DNA from: Acidimicrobiia bacterium
Lineage (GTDB): Bacteria; Actinomycetota; Acidimicrobiia; Spongiisociales; UBA11373
Reading direction: 5' to 3'
Assembly: GCA_029263095.1 (NCBI GenBank)
Contig: JAJCYA010000002.1
Span: forward strand, 32,511 to 96,510
DNA length: 64,000 nt
Shown here: positions 39,667 through 48,455 of the stretch, piece after piece
How the letters are laid out: each line of letters starts with the position of its first letter
Numbering within the stretch: the stretch's first letter is position 1
Program-made: the position numbers and the translations under genes
The notes under the pieces: model-generated
Told to the model about the DNA's origin: nothing
Databases searched by the model: none
Seen by the model: only the letters and a program-made list of their open reading frames with translations

Positions 39667-39688
39667 ATCATGCCCGCCAGGTGTGACA
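39667..39688 (-). promoter_or_regulatory. RecA-NDp/PafBC-like promoter TGTCAC-N10-CATGAT
   Basis: Minus strand TGTCAC ACCTGGCGGG CATGAT GCTCCT ATG; same spacing as the mycobacterial TGTCGG-N10-TANNNT motif. Confidence 0.5.
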
Positions 39689-39720
39689 CAAAACGAGCAA
39701 ACCGAGAGGGTCGGACTGAG

Positions 39721-39750
39721 ATGAACATAACCCTCCAGGAAGTGGGCCTG
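39721..39750 (+). pseudogene. Tiny C-terminal remnant of a putative recombinase (MNITLQEVGL)
   Basis: Resembles MNVLLSEVGL in the longer remnant at 42420-42650 and is followed by the same hairpin repeat and tRNA fragment. Confidence 0.45.
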
Positions 39751-39803
39751 ACCGGAGGGTCTAGTTCTCAGCCTGTCGGAAAGCCGACGTCTCTGAACGA
39801 CGA

Positions 39804-39873
39804 CCCCAACGCGAATGAGTTCCGGCAAAGCCGGAACTCCCAAGGAACGCGAAGCGTTCCCGGTGTTGGAGAG
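39804..39873. repeat. 70-bp double-hairpin repeat, copy 1
   Basis: ccccaacgcgaat GAGTTCCGGC-aaa-GCCGGAACTC ccaa GGAACGC-gaa-GCGTTCC cggtgttggagag; 69/70 identical to 42758..42827. Confidence 0.92.
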
Positions 39874-39919
39874 AGGACTCGAACCTCCACGGGGTATTCC
39901 CCCACTAGGCCCTCAACCT
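39860..39919 (-). repeat. Duplicated 3' part of tRNA-Leu(GAG), att-like direct repeat
   Basis: 59/60 identical to 43999..44058 (anticodon loop through acceptor end). Confidence 0.92.
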
Positions 39920-40157
39920 CGAACCGCTCTTGCAGGCCCGGCGTCCGGGGGGCAACTCGGTGCCCGTCGCTACGCCCCCGGGACACATTGTGCAGCTCCG
40001 AAGGGGGCGGTGGGGAGTCTCCGACCTGCCGATAGAGATGCCTTCATCGCGTTGCACCCACACCGTGGTCCGGGGGTGCCTGTCTGGGTGCCACAACCGG
40101 ATATCCGGTCCTTGCCTCACCTCCCCCCAGCCAAGTTTGGTGGCCTCAGTGTGGCTG

Positions 40158-40481
40158 TCAGGGCTTCCGGGTGGAGTCGTTCGGCGCATCGACGATCGTG
40201 AGGTCGCCGACGCGGTCCACGATCAGCTGAACGGCTCTGGAGTTCGTATTGATGTCCTTGTGCGGGATAGTCATCTTGATTACGCGGGCCGCTCTTCGAA
40301 TCTCTTCAGACCCTATGTTCTCCGAGAGTGACTTGTCTTTCTCGACCAGTTCCCGGGCCTGCTCGGGTGTGAGGTCCTCGGCCTTGTTGGCGGCGTAGAG
40401 ACCAATGACCCGTCTGTCCATCTCTGTGAGATCGAACTCGACGCTGAGCCGACGTTGATTCTGCTTTCGCTCCTCTGACAT
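40158..40481 (-). CDS. 107-aa hypothetical protein directly downstream of the radical SAM gene
   Basis: GAGGAG RBS overlapping the rSAM stop, ATG 8 nt after it; MSEERKQNQRRLSVEFDL...VQLIVDRVGDLTIVDAPNDSTRKP. Confidence 0.75.
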   Translation of the reverse strand: MSEERKQNQRRLSVEFDLTEMDRRVIGLYAANKAEDLTPEQARELVEKDKSLSENIGSEEIRRAARVIKMTIPHKDINTNSRAVQLIVDRVGDLTIVDAPNDSTRKP

Positions 40482-40489
40482 TGCGCTCC

Positions 40490-42298
40490 TCACACCGTTT
40501 CGCGCCAGACGATTAGGTAGCTCTTGTCAAGCTCCTCGTATCGGCGTGCGACGTTGTCTCGAACCGTCTCAAGCTTACCGCCCGAGATCCCATGTACTAC
40601 TGGAACGATCTCTTCGAACAGGAGCTTCCCCGCCGCGAGCTCCAACAGCAGGCCATCGGTGGGCGAGAGCTTCAGGAGGCCTCGGTGTGATCGAACTGCC
40701 AACCCACCGTGGTCGGGGGCCGTGGTGAGCTTGACGGTCCTCACGGGCTGAAGGCGCTCGAGGCCCAGATCCGCGGCTTGTCTGAAGTCGATCCCCGTGT
40801 GCGCTGCCTGTGGGGCGAACCAATTGACTAAGGATTCGTGGCTCTGAAGCTCTTCATACCACTCGGTGGAGATCCCGTGCGCGTAGTAGGCCCACATGTG
40901 AGCGTCGATAGTCTCGTTGGGTAGGTCCGGCAGAAGCTCCGACATTGTCGCATCGACACGTCGGTCAAACTCGCTCCCCGCCGAGAGGATATCGGTCTTC
41001 GAGAGAGATTCGGTGCGACAGAACACGTGCTCGCAGTCTCGACCAGTGACTGCCAGGGGGTCGAGGATCTGAACCCCGTAACGTTCAGGCGTCTCCGCCA
41101 TCGGCGTGCTGGTGTATGGAGTGAAGAAGGCACCAGATACCGATGTCATGCCAGGCGCCATCCGAAGAAGCGAGTCTGCCACCTCGAAGGTCTCGTGGAG
41201 AGTCTGGGCCGATTCAAGCGCGCCCCCGATGATGAAGTTCGCGTGGAGAGAGAGCAGTCCTGCATCTCGGGCAGCCTCTGCAACATCGAACAGCTGCCGG
41301 TTGGTGGTCTTCTTGTTGTAACTCCGCAGAACCATTTCGGAACCGGATTCCGCTCCAATCTGGAGACGGATAAGGCCGGCGGCGACCATCTTCGGCAGCA
41401 GATCCACGTTTCGCTCTCTCGAGAGCACGTCAACCCGTGCCAGGCAGAACCACTTCACTGCGCCGTCGTACCGTTCGATTAGGCCATCGCAGAACTGGCG
41501 AAGACGGCCCGCAGATGCGGCGAAGTGGTCGTCGTTGATCGCTATGTAGTTTGCTCCTAGGCCTACCAAGTAATCGAACTCCTCCAAGCAGCGTTCCACC
41601 GAATGCATCCTGAAGTTCTTCAGCCCGGCTTCGAGCCCCTCGTAGCAAAAGGCGCACCGGGCGGGGCAGCCGCGGCCAGTGATCATTGCCGGTGCGGATG
41701 AGTCGAATGGCTCGAGCGCCAGTTTCTTCCGATCGGGGATTCCAAGAGTGTCGAGGTTCTCGATGATGCGCCGCACAGGGTTGGTTACAAGCGAGCCATC
41801 GGATGCACGGAATACCAACCCCGCGCAACCTTCAAGTTCGCGGGGCCTAAGCGTCTTCATCTCAAGTAACTCGAGGAATGTCTCCTCACCGTCACCGAAC
41901 ACTCCGATGTCCGCTCCGATCAGCCGATCCATCGTCTCAACGGGTGCAGCGGTGATCTGGGGACCTCCAACGACAATGGACACTCCCGGGCACCGATCTT
42001 TGATGGCCGGAAGGATTCGCCGGACGTCCCACAGATTCTCCTGATCAACGTAGAACCCAAGGACCCGGACATTCCGTTCGGTGACGGTTCGCGAAATCCG
42101 ACCAACCAAGACATCGTTAGATGAGAGTGTGTCAACCAGAACACGGTGCCCGCGATCGTGAGCGTATTGGGCAAGATAGAACAGGCCCAGTTGCATGCGT
42201 CTGAAGTGTCTCCAAAGTACCGGCGAACTCTCTACGAACACCAGAAGCGCGGCGAGGCTCTGTCCGGAGGCCAAGGTCTTAGCCCGAGTGTCGACCAC
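40490..42298 (-). CDS. Cobalamin-binding radical SAM enzyme (class B methyltransferase-like) with C-terminal extension
   Basis: B12 domain LGLFYLA...IVVGGPQIT...FGDGEETFLEL; GRGCPARCAFC; INDDHF; IGAESGS; NFIIGG; FFTPY; AGGAGG RBS before GTG 42298. Confidence 0.9.
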   Translation of the reverse strand: MVDTRAKTLASGQSLAALLVFVESSPVLWRHFRRMQLGLFYLAQYAHDRGHRVLVDTLSSNDVLVGRISRTVTERNVRVLGFYVDQENLWDVRRILPAIKDRCPGVSIVVGGPQITAAPVETMDRLIGADIGVFGDGEETFLELLEMKTLRPRELEGCAGLVFRASDGSLVTNPVRRIIENLDTLGIPDRKKLALEPFDSSAPAMITGRGCPARCAFCYEGLEAGLKNFRMHSVERCLEEFDYLVGLGANYIAINDDHFAASAGRLRQFCDGLIERYDGAVKWFCLARVDVLSRERNVDLLPKMVAAGLIRLQIGAESGSEMVLRSYNKKTTNRQLFDVAEAARDAGLLSLHANFIIGGALESAQTLHETFEVADSLLRMAPGMTSVSGAFFTPYTSTPMAETPERYGVQILDPLAVTGRDCEHVFCRTESLSKTDILSAGSEFDRRVDATMSELLPDLPNETIDAHMWAYYAHGISTEWYEELQSHESLVNWFAPQAAHTGIDFRQAADLGLERLQPVRTVKLTTAPDHGGLAVRSHRGLLKLSPTDGLLLELAAGKLLFEEIVPVVHGISGGKLETVRDNVARRYEELDKSYLIVWRETV

Positions 42299-42419
42299 CG
42301 GCTGGTCCTCCTGTGGGTTGATCGGCTCAGAAGCGCCCCACGAAGCTAGTTGAGATGTCAGAACGGTGTGGACGCCCAAGCGGAGCGAATGGTCATGTAG
42401 TCGTTCTAGGTCTGAGGCC

Positions 42420-42650
42420 TGGGCGCGTCGCTTGCAGGAGCGCAACGAGATTGCTCAGGCGTTTGGGGACGTCGCCCGGCACCTGGCCGACCTCGACATT
42501 GACGAGATCTGGCAGGAAGCGACCGAGAAGGAGCGGTGGGTTATCGCCTCCGCCTTGCTCGACGAGATCACGGTCTACCTGGAGCACCTCGAAGTGGAGG
42601 TCTCAGGAGCACCCCCTATGAACGTCCTGCTGTCAGAAGTGGGACTGAAA
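42420..42650 (+). pseudogene. C-terminal remnant of a putative large serine recombinase
   Basis: LDIDEIWQEATEKERWVIASALLDEITVYLEHLEVEVSGAPPMNVLLSEVGLK resembles the 'ER..i..ll..I.v' tail of such enzymes and points toward the tRNA fragment; no catalytic N-terminus. Confidence 0.55.
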
Positions 42651-42757
42651 GGTGGCCCAGAGGTACCCCCCACCAACTCGCTTCGCTCCCTGACTCCCCC
42701 ACAAGGGTGTCGGGTTGCGGGAGGGGGGAGTGATAGGCCTGGGAGCGATTGCGCGGC

Positions 42758-42827
42758 CCCCAACGCGAATGAGTTCCGGCAAAGCCGGAACTCCCAAGGA
42801 ACGCGAAGCGTTCCCGGTGTCGGAGAG
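42758..42827. repeat. 70-bp double-hairpin repeat, copy 2, ending in a 14-bp tRNA 3' fragment
   Basis: Same as 39804..39873; terminal ccggtgtcggagag equals 43999..44012. Confidence 0.92.
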
Positions 42828-42929
42828 CCTTCGGTGGGTGAGTTAGACCCCGGTTGGCGGATCAGGCAATGGACCGACACAGTGCAAGGAGGTCGCCTCC
42901 ACCACTGATCAGACAGCCGAGCGTAGAAG

Positions 42930-43952
42930 TCAGGTCTCGGCTATCACCAACGTCCAACCGCTTGCCCAACGTGGCCCGACCGCCGACAAACCGGCGGCCT
43001 CTGAACCGCCGAAACCGGAGGCCCGCAGCATCCGTTGAATGTCGCCGGAAGTCTGAGGCGTCGTCGCATTGCCCGAGAGTGAGGCCAGCAGCGCCCAATG
43101 GGCCCGGCTCGGATGCGCCAACCCGCTCTCTTCCCCGAACTTGCCCACGATGATGAGCCGCCCTCCCGGGTTCAACGAGGCGAAGAACTTGCGAAACAAA
43201 CCTTCGGTGTAGATGCCAACGTCGCAATAGACGATCGCATCGAAACCGCTCGGTAGGTCCTCGGCCATGAAGTCAAGGGTCTGGTAGCCGATGCGTCCAG
43301 CGAGGCCAGCCGCATCGGCGATCTCTTGACCTGCAGCACAGACGTTGGCGATGTCAACCACCACCGCCTCGAGGTTGGGATTGCATCGCAGCATGGCCAG
43401 CGACACGACGCCAGAGCCACCCCCGACATCCAGCAGACGTTCAGAGCCGTCGAGAGGGACGAGGTCGGCGACCTGCTCGGCGAGCGGCAAATGCACCTCG
43501 TAGAGCATCTGAGTGAACTCCGACGCACGCTTTGGATCGTCGATCATCTTGGCGAGATAGTCGGGCCGGACAAGGCCCTGCGCCTCCCAGGGAGTCCCCG
43601 GTTCAGTGAGCTGGACGGCGAGATCGCGAACTGCGGGGAACCTCTCTCGGGCCTCCCGGGCCAGGTAGGCCCAGGTCTCCGAGCTGAAGGCATCATTGAT
43701 CGCCTGGCGCGCTGCTATCGACGTCGAGTATCCGTCCGCACCTCGATCCAGCAGGCCCAGCTCGACGATCATCTCCAGCCAGGGGTGGCACCGCTCCTCG
43801 GGGACTCCCGTCGCCTTGGCGACCTCCCTGACAGTCAGGGGCCGCTCATCGAGGAGCCAGAACAGTTTGTGCTCCATGGCCGCCCCGACGGCAGCGGACG
43901 CCACGTAGCGATCGATCAGCTCAAAGATGCTGTCGGGGGTCATTGGACTCAT
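42930..43952 (-). CDS. SAM-dependent O-methyltransferase (dimerisation domain + Methyltransf_2)
   Basis: N-terminal wHTH (LTVREVAKATG), LLDVGGGSG, VVVDI, LDFMAEDLP, LNPGGRLII. Confidence 0.88.
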   Translation of the reverse strand: MSPMTPDSIFELIDRYVASAAVGAAMEHKLFWLLDERPLTVREVAKATGVPEERCHPWLEMIVELGLLDRGADGYSTSIAARQAINDAFSSETWAYLAREARERFPAVRDLAVQLTEPGTPWEAQGLVRPDYLAKMIDDPKRASEFTQMLYEVHLPLAEQVADLVPLDGSERLLDVGGGSGVVSLAMLRCNPNLEAVVVDIANVCAAGQEIADAAGLAGRIGYQTLDFMAEDLPSGFDAIVYCDVGIYTEGLFRKFFASLNPGGRLIIVGKFGEESGLAHPSRAHWALLASLSGNATTPQTSGDIQRMLRASGFGGSEAAGLSAVGPRWASGWTLVIAET

Positions 43953-44002
43953 GACCTATGAGTATGACACCCGTCCACCCAAACAACCCCGGGGGTCGCC
44001 GG

Positions 44003-44087
<85 letters not shown>

Positions 44088-44098
44088 GTGGGTCCGGG

Positions 44099-44104
44099 AT
44101 TATA
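44099..44104 (-). promoter_or_regulatory. -10 box TATAAT for tRNA-Leu
   Basis: Perfect TATAAT 11 nt upstream of the tRNA 5' end. Confidence 0.6.
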
Positions 44105-44123
44105 CGCCCGTGACGCGGATGCT

Positions 44124-45203
44124 CTAGACGACCTTCTGAACCTCTGGGAAGTGGCATGCCACCCAGTGGTCGGGCTCGATTTCTCTCATCTCGGGGACGT
44201 CGTCCGAACACCTTGGGAACTCGGCCCTGGGACACCTGGTGTTGAAGCGACACCCGGTGGGGGGGTTGATCGGCGACGGGATGTCGCCCTCCAGGATGAT
44301 CCGGCGCCGCTCCCGCTCCACCGTCGGATCCGGAATCGGCACGGCCGACATCAGAGCGTGGGTGTAGGGGTGCATGGGCCGCTCGTAGAGGGTGTCCCGG
44401 TCGGTAACCTCGGCCATCATGCCCAGGTACATGACTCCGACGCGGTCGCAAACGTGACGGACCACCGAGAGGTCGTGGGCGATGAAGAGATAGGTGAGGC
44501 CGAACTCCTCCTGAAGGTCGCCCATGAGGTTGAGCACCTGAGCCTGAATGGAGACATCGAGGGCTGAGACCGGCTCGTCCAGAACCATGAAGGAAGGGTT
44601 GAGGGCGAGAGCCCGTGCCACTCCGATGCGCTGCCGTTGACCTCCAGAGAACTCGTGCGGATACCGGTTGGTGTGCTCGGGGTTGAGGCCAACCACTTTT
44701 AGCAACTCCTTGACACGCTCCATGCGATCGGAAGTGCTTCCGATGCCGTGAACCAGCAGAGGTTCCGCGATGATGCTCGCCACCGTCATCCGAGGGTTGA
44801 GTGATGCGTACGGGTCCTGAAAGACGATCTGGATTTCGCGTCGCAGCCTGCGCATCTGATCCTTGTTGGCCGCGGCGATATCGATGACCTCGATCGCATC
44901 CGAGGAATCCCCGTCCGGCTCGCCTCGGTACCAGACGTTGCCGGATGTCGGTTCCAGCAGCCGCAAAACGCAGCGCGCCGTGGTGGACTTGCCGCACCCC
45001 GACTCCCCGACGATTCCGAGCGTCTCACCCCGGTCGATGTGGAATGAGATGTCGGAAACAGCTTGAACGGCGGCGATCTGCTTGCGGAAGAAGATCCCCT
45101 TCGTGATCGGGAAGTTCTTGACGAGGTTCTCGACCTGCAGGAGCCTCTCCGGCGGCATCTGCACGGCGGGATCGGTCCCACGTGTCGTCGTGTCCTGTGT
45201 CAT
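44124..45203 (-). CDS. oppF: Oligopeptide/dipeptide ABC transporter ATP-binding subunit
   Basis: [50 protein letters not shown]; ATGA overlap. Confidence 0.92.
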   Translation of the reverse strand: MTQDTTTRGTDPAVQMPPERLLQVENLVKNFPITKGIFFRKQIAAVQAVSDISFHIDRGETLGIVGESGCGKSTTARCVLRLLEPTSGNVWYRGEPDGDSSDAIEVIDIAAANKDQMRRLRREIQIVFQDPYASLNPRMTVASIIAEPLLVHGIGSTSDRMERVKELLKVVGLNPEHTNRYPHEFSGGQRQRIGVARALALNPSFMVLDEPVSALDVSIQAQVLNLMGDLQEEFGLTYLFIAHDLSVVRHVCDRVGVMYLGMMAEVTDRDTLYERPMHPYTHALMSAVPIPDPTVERERRRIILEGDIPSPINPPTGCRFNTRCPRAEFPRCSDDVPEMREIEPDHWVACHFPEVQKVV

Positions 45204-46210
45204 CCGACCGGTTCTCCCTTCACACGGATCAGATCCAGGTCTGGAGCGAAATGGCACGCCACCCAATGGTCCTCAGAGATCTCACGCGGCAAGGGGGTGT
45301 CGCGGGTGCAGATCTCCTTCGCAAAGTCGCAGCGTGACCTGAATCGACACCCGTTGGGCGGATCGATCAACGATGGGGGCGCTCCCCGAATCGAGTAGAG
45401 CCGCTCCTCGCGGACCTCGTCGAGTCGGGTCATAGAACCGAGCAACCCCGCGGTGTACGGGTGCAGCGTGTCGTCGAAGATGAAATCGGTTGTGCCCCGC
45501 TCGGCCAGGCGGCCGGCGTACATCACCTGGATGTTGTCGCAGAACCCCGCAACCACACCCAGATCGTGTGTGATGAGCATCACGGCTGTGTTGCGCTCCT
45601 CCGTTAACACCAGCATCAGGTCGAGGATCTGGGCCTGAGTGGTGACATCAAGAGCGGTAGTCGGCTCGTCGGCGATGAGCAGATCCGGATCACACGACAG
45701 CCCCATGGCGATCATGACCCTTTGCCGCATACCGCCCGAAAGCTGGTGCGGATAGTCCTCCATTCGCACCTTGGGATTCGGGATGTGCACATCGTCGAGA
45801 GCCTGGATGGCGATCTCCGCTGCCGCACTCTTGCCGACCGACTGGTGGAGCATGATCGTCTCGATCAGCTGGTTCCCGATTGTGTAGACCGGGTTGAGGG
45901 CCGTCATCGGATCCTGGAAGATCATTGCGATCTGTCCGCCGCGCACCTTGCGCATTTCCTCATCCTTCAAACCGAGGAGATCCTCACCCTTGAAGGTGAT
46001 CTCTCCGGTCACTATCTCGCCGGCCGGTGGTTCGATGAGTCGCATCACTGAGAGCGCGGTCACCGACTTCCCGGAACCCGACTCTCCGACAACACCGAAC
46101 TTCTCGCCCTTGTGGATGGTGAAGCTCAACCCGTCCACGGCGCGAACGATGCCCTCCTCGGTGGAAAAGAACGTGCGAAGGTTGCTGACCTGAAGGAGTG
46201 GTTCAGACAC
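45200..46210 (-). CDS. oppD: Oligopeptide/dipeptide ABC transporter ATP-binding subunit
   Basis: [40 protein letters not shown]. Confidence 0.92.
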   Translation of the reverse strand: MSEPLLQVSNLRTFFSTEEGIVRAVDGLSFTIHKGEKFGVVGESGSGKSVTALSVMRLIEPPAGEIVTGEITFKGEDLLGLKDEEMRKVRGGQIAMIFQDPMTALNPVYTIGNQLIETIMLHQSVGKSAAAEIAIQALDDVHIPNPKVRMEDYPHQLSGGMRQRVMIAMGLSCDPDLLIADEPTTALDVTTQAQILDLMLVLTEERNTAVMLITHDLGVVAGFCDNIQVMYAGRLAERGTTDFIFDDTLHPYTAGLLGSMTRLDEVREERLYSIRGAPPSLIDPPNGCRFRSRCDFAKEICTRDTPLPREISEDHWVACHFAPDLDLIRVKGEPVG

Positions 46211-46221
46211 GAAGTGACAAC

Positions 46222-47190
46222 CTACTTCCGCTCAATCGTCTGGGTCGGGTCGAGGGCATCTCGCAAACCGTCACCCAGGAAGTTCACCGAAAGCACCGTC
46301 ACTATCAGGGCGACCGATGGGAACAGCACCAGCCACCACGCTCCGGAGCCACCCACCGCCAATCTCCCTCCGTTGGCGGCCATCTGCCCCCACGCCGGCT
46401 CCGGTGGGCGCACACCGAATCCGAGGAAGGACAGCGCCGCCTCCAGAATGATGGCCGTGCCGATCACCAGCGTGGCGTTCACGATGATCGGGCTGAGGGC
46501 GTTCGGAAGAATATGTCGGAAGATGATCCGTCGGTCTCTGGCTCCCGCAGCGCGGGCCGCTTCGACGAACTCCTTCTCCCGCAAGGAGAGAAACTCGGCA
46601 CGGACAATCCGGGCGAGCGTCCCCCACAGCAAGGTACCTAAGAGAACGGCCAGACTCAGCGCCTCCCTGCCTTGGAAGGTCTCCCGCAGCCAGGCGGCAG
46701 CCACGATGGCGACCGGAAGCAAAGGGAGGCTGAGAATCAGATCGGTAAACCGCATTAGCAGGGTGTCGATCCAGCCGCCGTAGTACCCGGCAATCGAACC
46801 GACCAGGGTTCCAAACGTGGCGACCATGAGCCCGGTGAGGACGGCGACGGTGAGGCTGGTGCGCCCCCCGTAGATGACCCGCGCCAGCACATCCTGTCCC
46901 AGTTCATCGGTTCCGAACCAATAGTCGCCGCGCGGAGACAGCAGGTTCACGATGCGGCCGCCCTCGTCCTCGAGCTGCTGGGTCGGATTCTGGAGCGGAA
47001 GCACATCGGCGAACACAGCCAGGAGCAAAATGACGCCAAGCACCACTGCGGCCAACATCGCCAGGCGGTGCCTTACAAACCGGCTCTTGAACAGTTGCCA
47101 CTGAGTGATCGGCTCGACGGTCAGACCCTCGGCCTCGATGTCGAGCGCCGAATAGGAGTTGGGATCGTCGCCGCGGGGGCGATCAGTCAT
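46222..47190 (-). CDS. oppC: Oligopeptide ABC transporter permease
   Basis: FGTDELGQD, EFVEAARAAGA...RHILPN, NFLGDGLRDALDP. Confidence 0.92.
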   Translation of the reverse strand: MTDRPRGDDPNSYSALDIEAEGLTVEPITQWQLFKSRFVRHRLAMLAAVVLGVILLLAVFADVLPLQNPTQQLEDEGGRIVNLLSPRGDYWFGTDELGQDVLARVIYGGRTSLTVAVLTGLMVATFGTLVGSIAGYYGGWIDTLLMRFTDLILSLPLLPVAIVAAAWLRETFQGREALSLAVLLGTLLWGTLARIVRAEFLSLREKEFVEAARAAGARDRRIIFRHILPNALSPIIVNATLVIGTAIILEAALSFLGFGVRPPEPAWGQMAANGGRLAVGGSGAWWLVLFPSVALIVTVLSVNFLGDGLRDALDPTQTIERK

Positions 47191-48184
47191 AGCGGACCCT
47201 CGGGTCGAGCCAGCCATACGCCAGGTCTGCGAGCAGGTTCATGACCACAACCATGAACCCGATGAGCATCACGACTGCCATCACAATCGGCCAGTCGTTT
47301 AGGAAGATCGCCTGGATATAGAGGCGACCCATCCCCGGCCAAGCAAAGATCGATTCGGTGATCACGGCGCCGCCGAGAACGCCGGCGACATCCAGCGATA
47401 CCAGCGTGATTATCGGAATGAGGGCATTGCGAAGTGCGTGCTTCACTATCACGCTGCGACGCGACAACCCCTTCGCTTTGGCCGTTCGCAGGTAGTCGCT
47501 ATGCATCACCTCGAGCATGGACGCCCGCTGATACCGCGAATAGCCGGCGATCGAGATCAGGGCGATCGACGTTGCCGGAAGCACCAGGTGTTGGAGGGTG
47601 TCGCCGATGCGCGCTCCAAACGAAAGGTCGGAGTAGCTCGTGCTGTTCATGCCCGAGGTGTAGAAGAACTTGACCCCGGTCCACTGTTCTAACTTTAAGG
47701 CCAGGATGATCTGGAGTCCGATGCCGAGCACGAAGATCGGTGTCGAGAACGTGACGAACGAGAACGTCGTCGTCGCTTGATCGAAGAACGAGTACTGCTT
47801 GATGGCTTGGTAAATGCCTAAGGGAATACCGATCATCACCGCTAAGCCGAGGGCGGTGAACATGAGCCTGGCGGTGCCGCCGAGGCGGTTTAGCACAAGC
47901 TCCTGCACCTGCTGGGGGCCTTGGAAGGAACGCCCCCACGCTGTGGGGTAGTTCCAGACCTGCACGAAGTTCCCTACCCATGTGAGGTACTGCTTGGTAC
48001 CCGGCTGGTCGAGGCCGTAGAACTCGGCCATCTCCTGGATGGCCTGCTGGGTGATCCGGGGATTGGATTTGAGACGGTCCAATGGATCGCCGCCGGTGTT
48101 CTGAAGAAGCGTAAAGGTAATGATGGACAGCGCCAGAAGCGTGATCATTCCGTAGACCAGTCTCCTGATCACGTATTGGAGCAT
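47183..48184 (-). CDS. oppB: Oligopeptide ABC transporter permease
   Basis: MLQYVIRRL, YGLDQP, DYLRTAKAKGL, KHALRNA, ESIFAWPGMG, LDPRVR. Confidence 0.92.
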   Translation of the reverse strand: MLQYVIRRLVYGMITLLALSIITFTLLQNTGGDPLDRLKSNPRITQQAIQEMAEFYGLDQPGTKQYLTWVGNFVQVWNYPTAWGRSFQGPQQVQELVLNRLGGTARLMFTALGLAVMIGIPLGIYQAIKQYSFFDQATTTFSFVTFSTPIFVLGIGLQIILALKLEQWTGVKFFYTSGMNSTSYSDLSFGARIGDTLQHLVLPATSIALISIAGYSRYQRASMLEVMHSDYLRTAKAKGLSRRSVIVKHALRNALIPIITLVSLDVAGVLGGAVITESIFAWPGMGRLYIQAIFLNDWPIVMAVVMLIGFMVVVMNLLADLAYGWLDPRVRYD

Positions 48185-48394
48185 CTGTCCGCCGACCTCC
48201 TCCCGCGCCGCGCAAATCGGCCCGGCGAGTATACCGATCGAGCGACGGTCCCCCGCATAAACGCCGGTTAACTGTTTACAAGCCGACAGTTCAATCGGTC
48301 GTTCAGCCGCCCTCAGAACGACAGCCGCGCCAACACCGCTCGGCTGCCGGTCTCTAGCCGATGCGTGACCTCCCAGGCCGCCCCGACCCAAACG

Positions 48395-48424
48395 AGAAGG
48401 GGCCCGCCGAAGCGGGCCCCTTCT
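48395..48424 (-). terminator. Stable stem-loop between oppA and oppB (terminator or mRNA stabiliser)
   Basis: AGAAGGGGCCCGC-TTCG-GCGGGCCCCTTCT followed by CGTTT on the minus strand. Confidence 0.75.
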
Positions 48425-48455
48425 TCACACGTTGAAGTGTGTATCGGATTCGACC

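Noticed and set aside
39653-39668. LexA/SOS box over the HNH start codon
   Set aside because: Only one half-site (TCGAAC) is present; the second half reads GAGCAT instead of GTTCGA.
39860-39919. Second tRNA-Leu gene
   Set aside because: Only the 3' ~60 nt are present; the D-arm and 5' acceptor strand are missing, so it is treated as an att fragment.
42930-43952. O-methyltransferase as a tailoring enzyme of the rSAM cluster
   Set aside because: It is separated from the rSAM gene by a tRNA fragment, the hairpin repeat and a recombinase remnant, which suggests separate acquisition; a functional link cannot be supported from the sequence.
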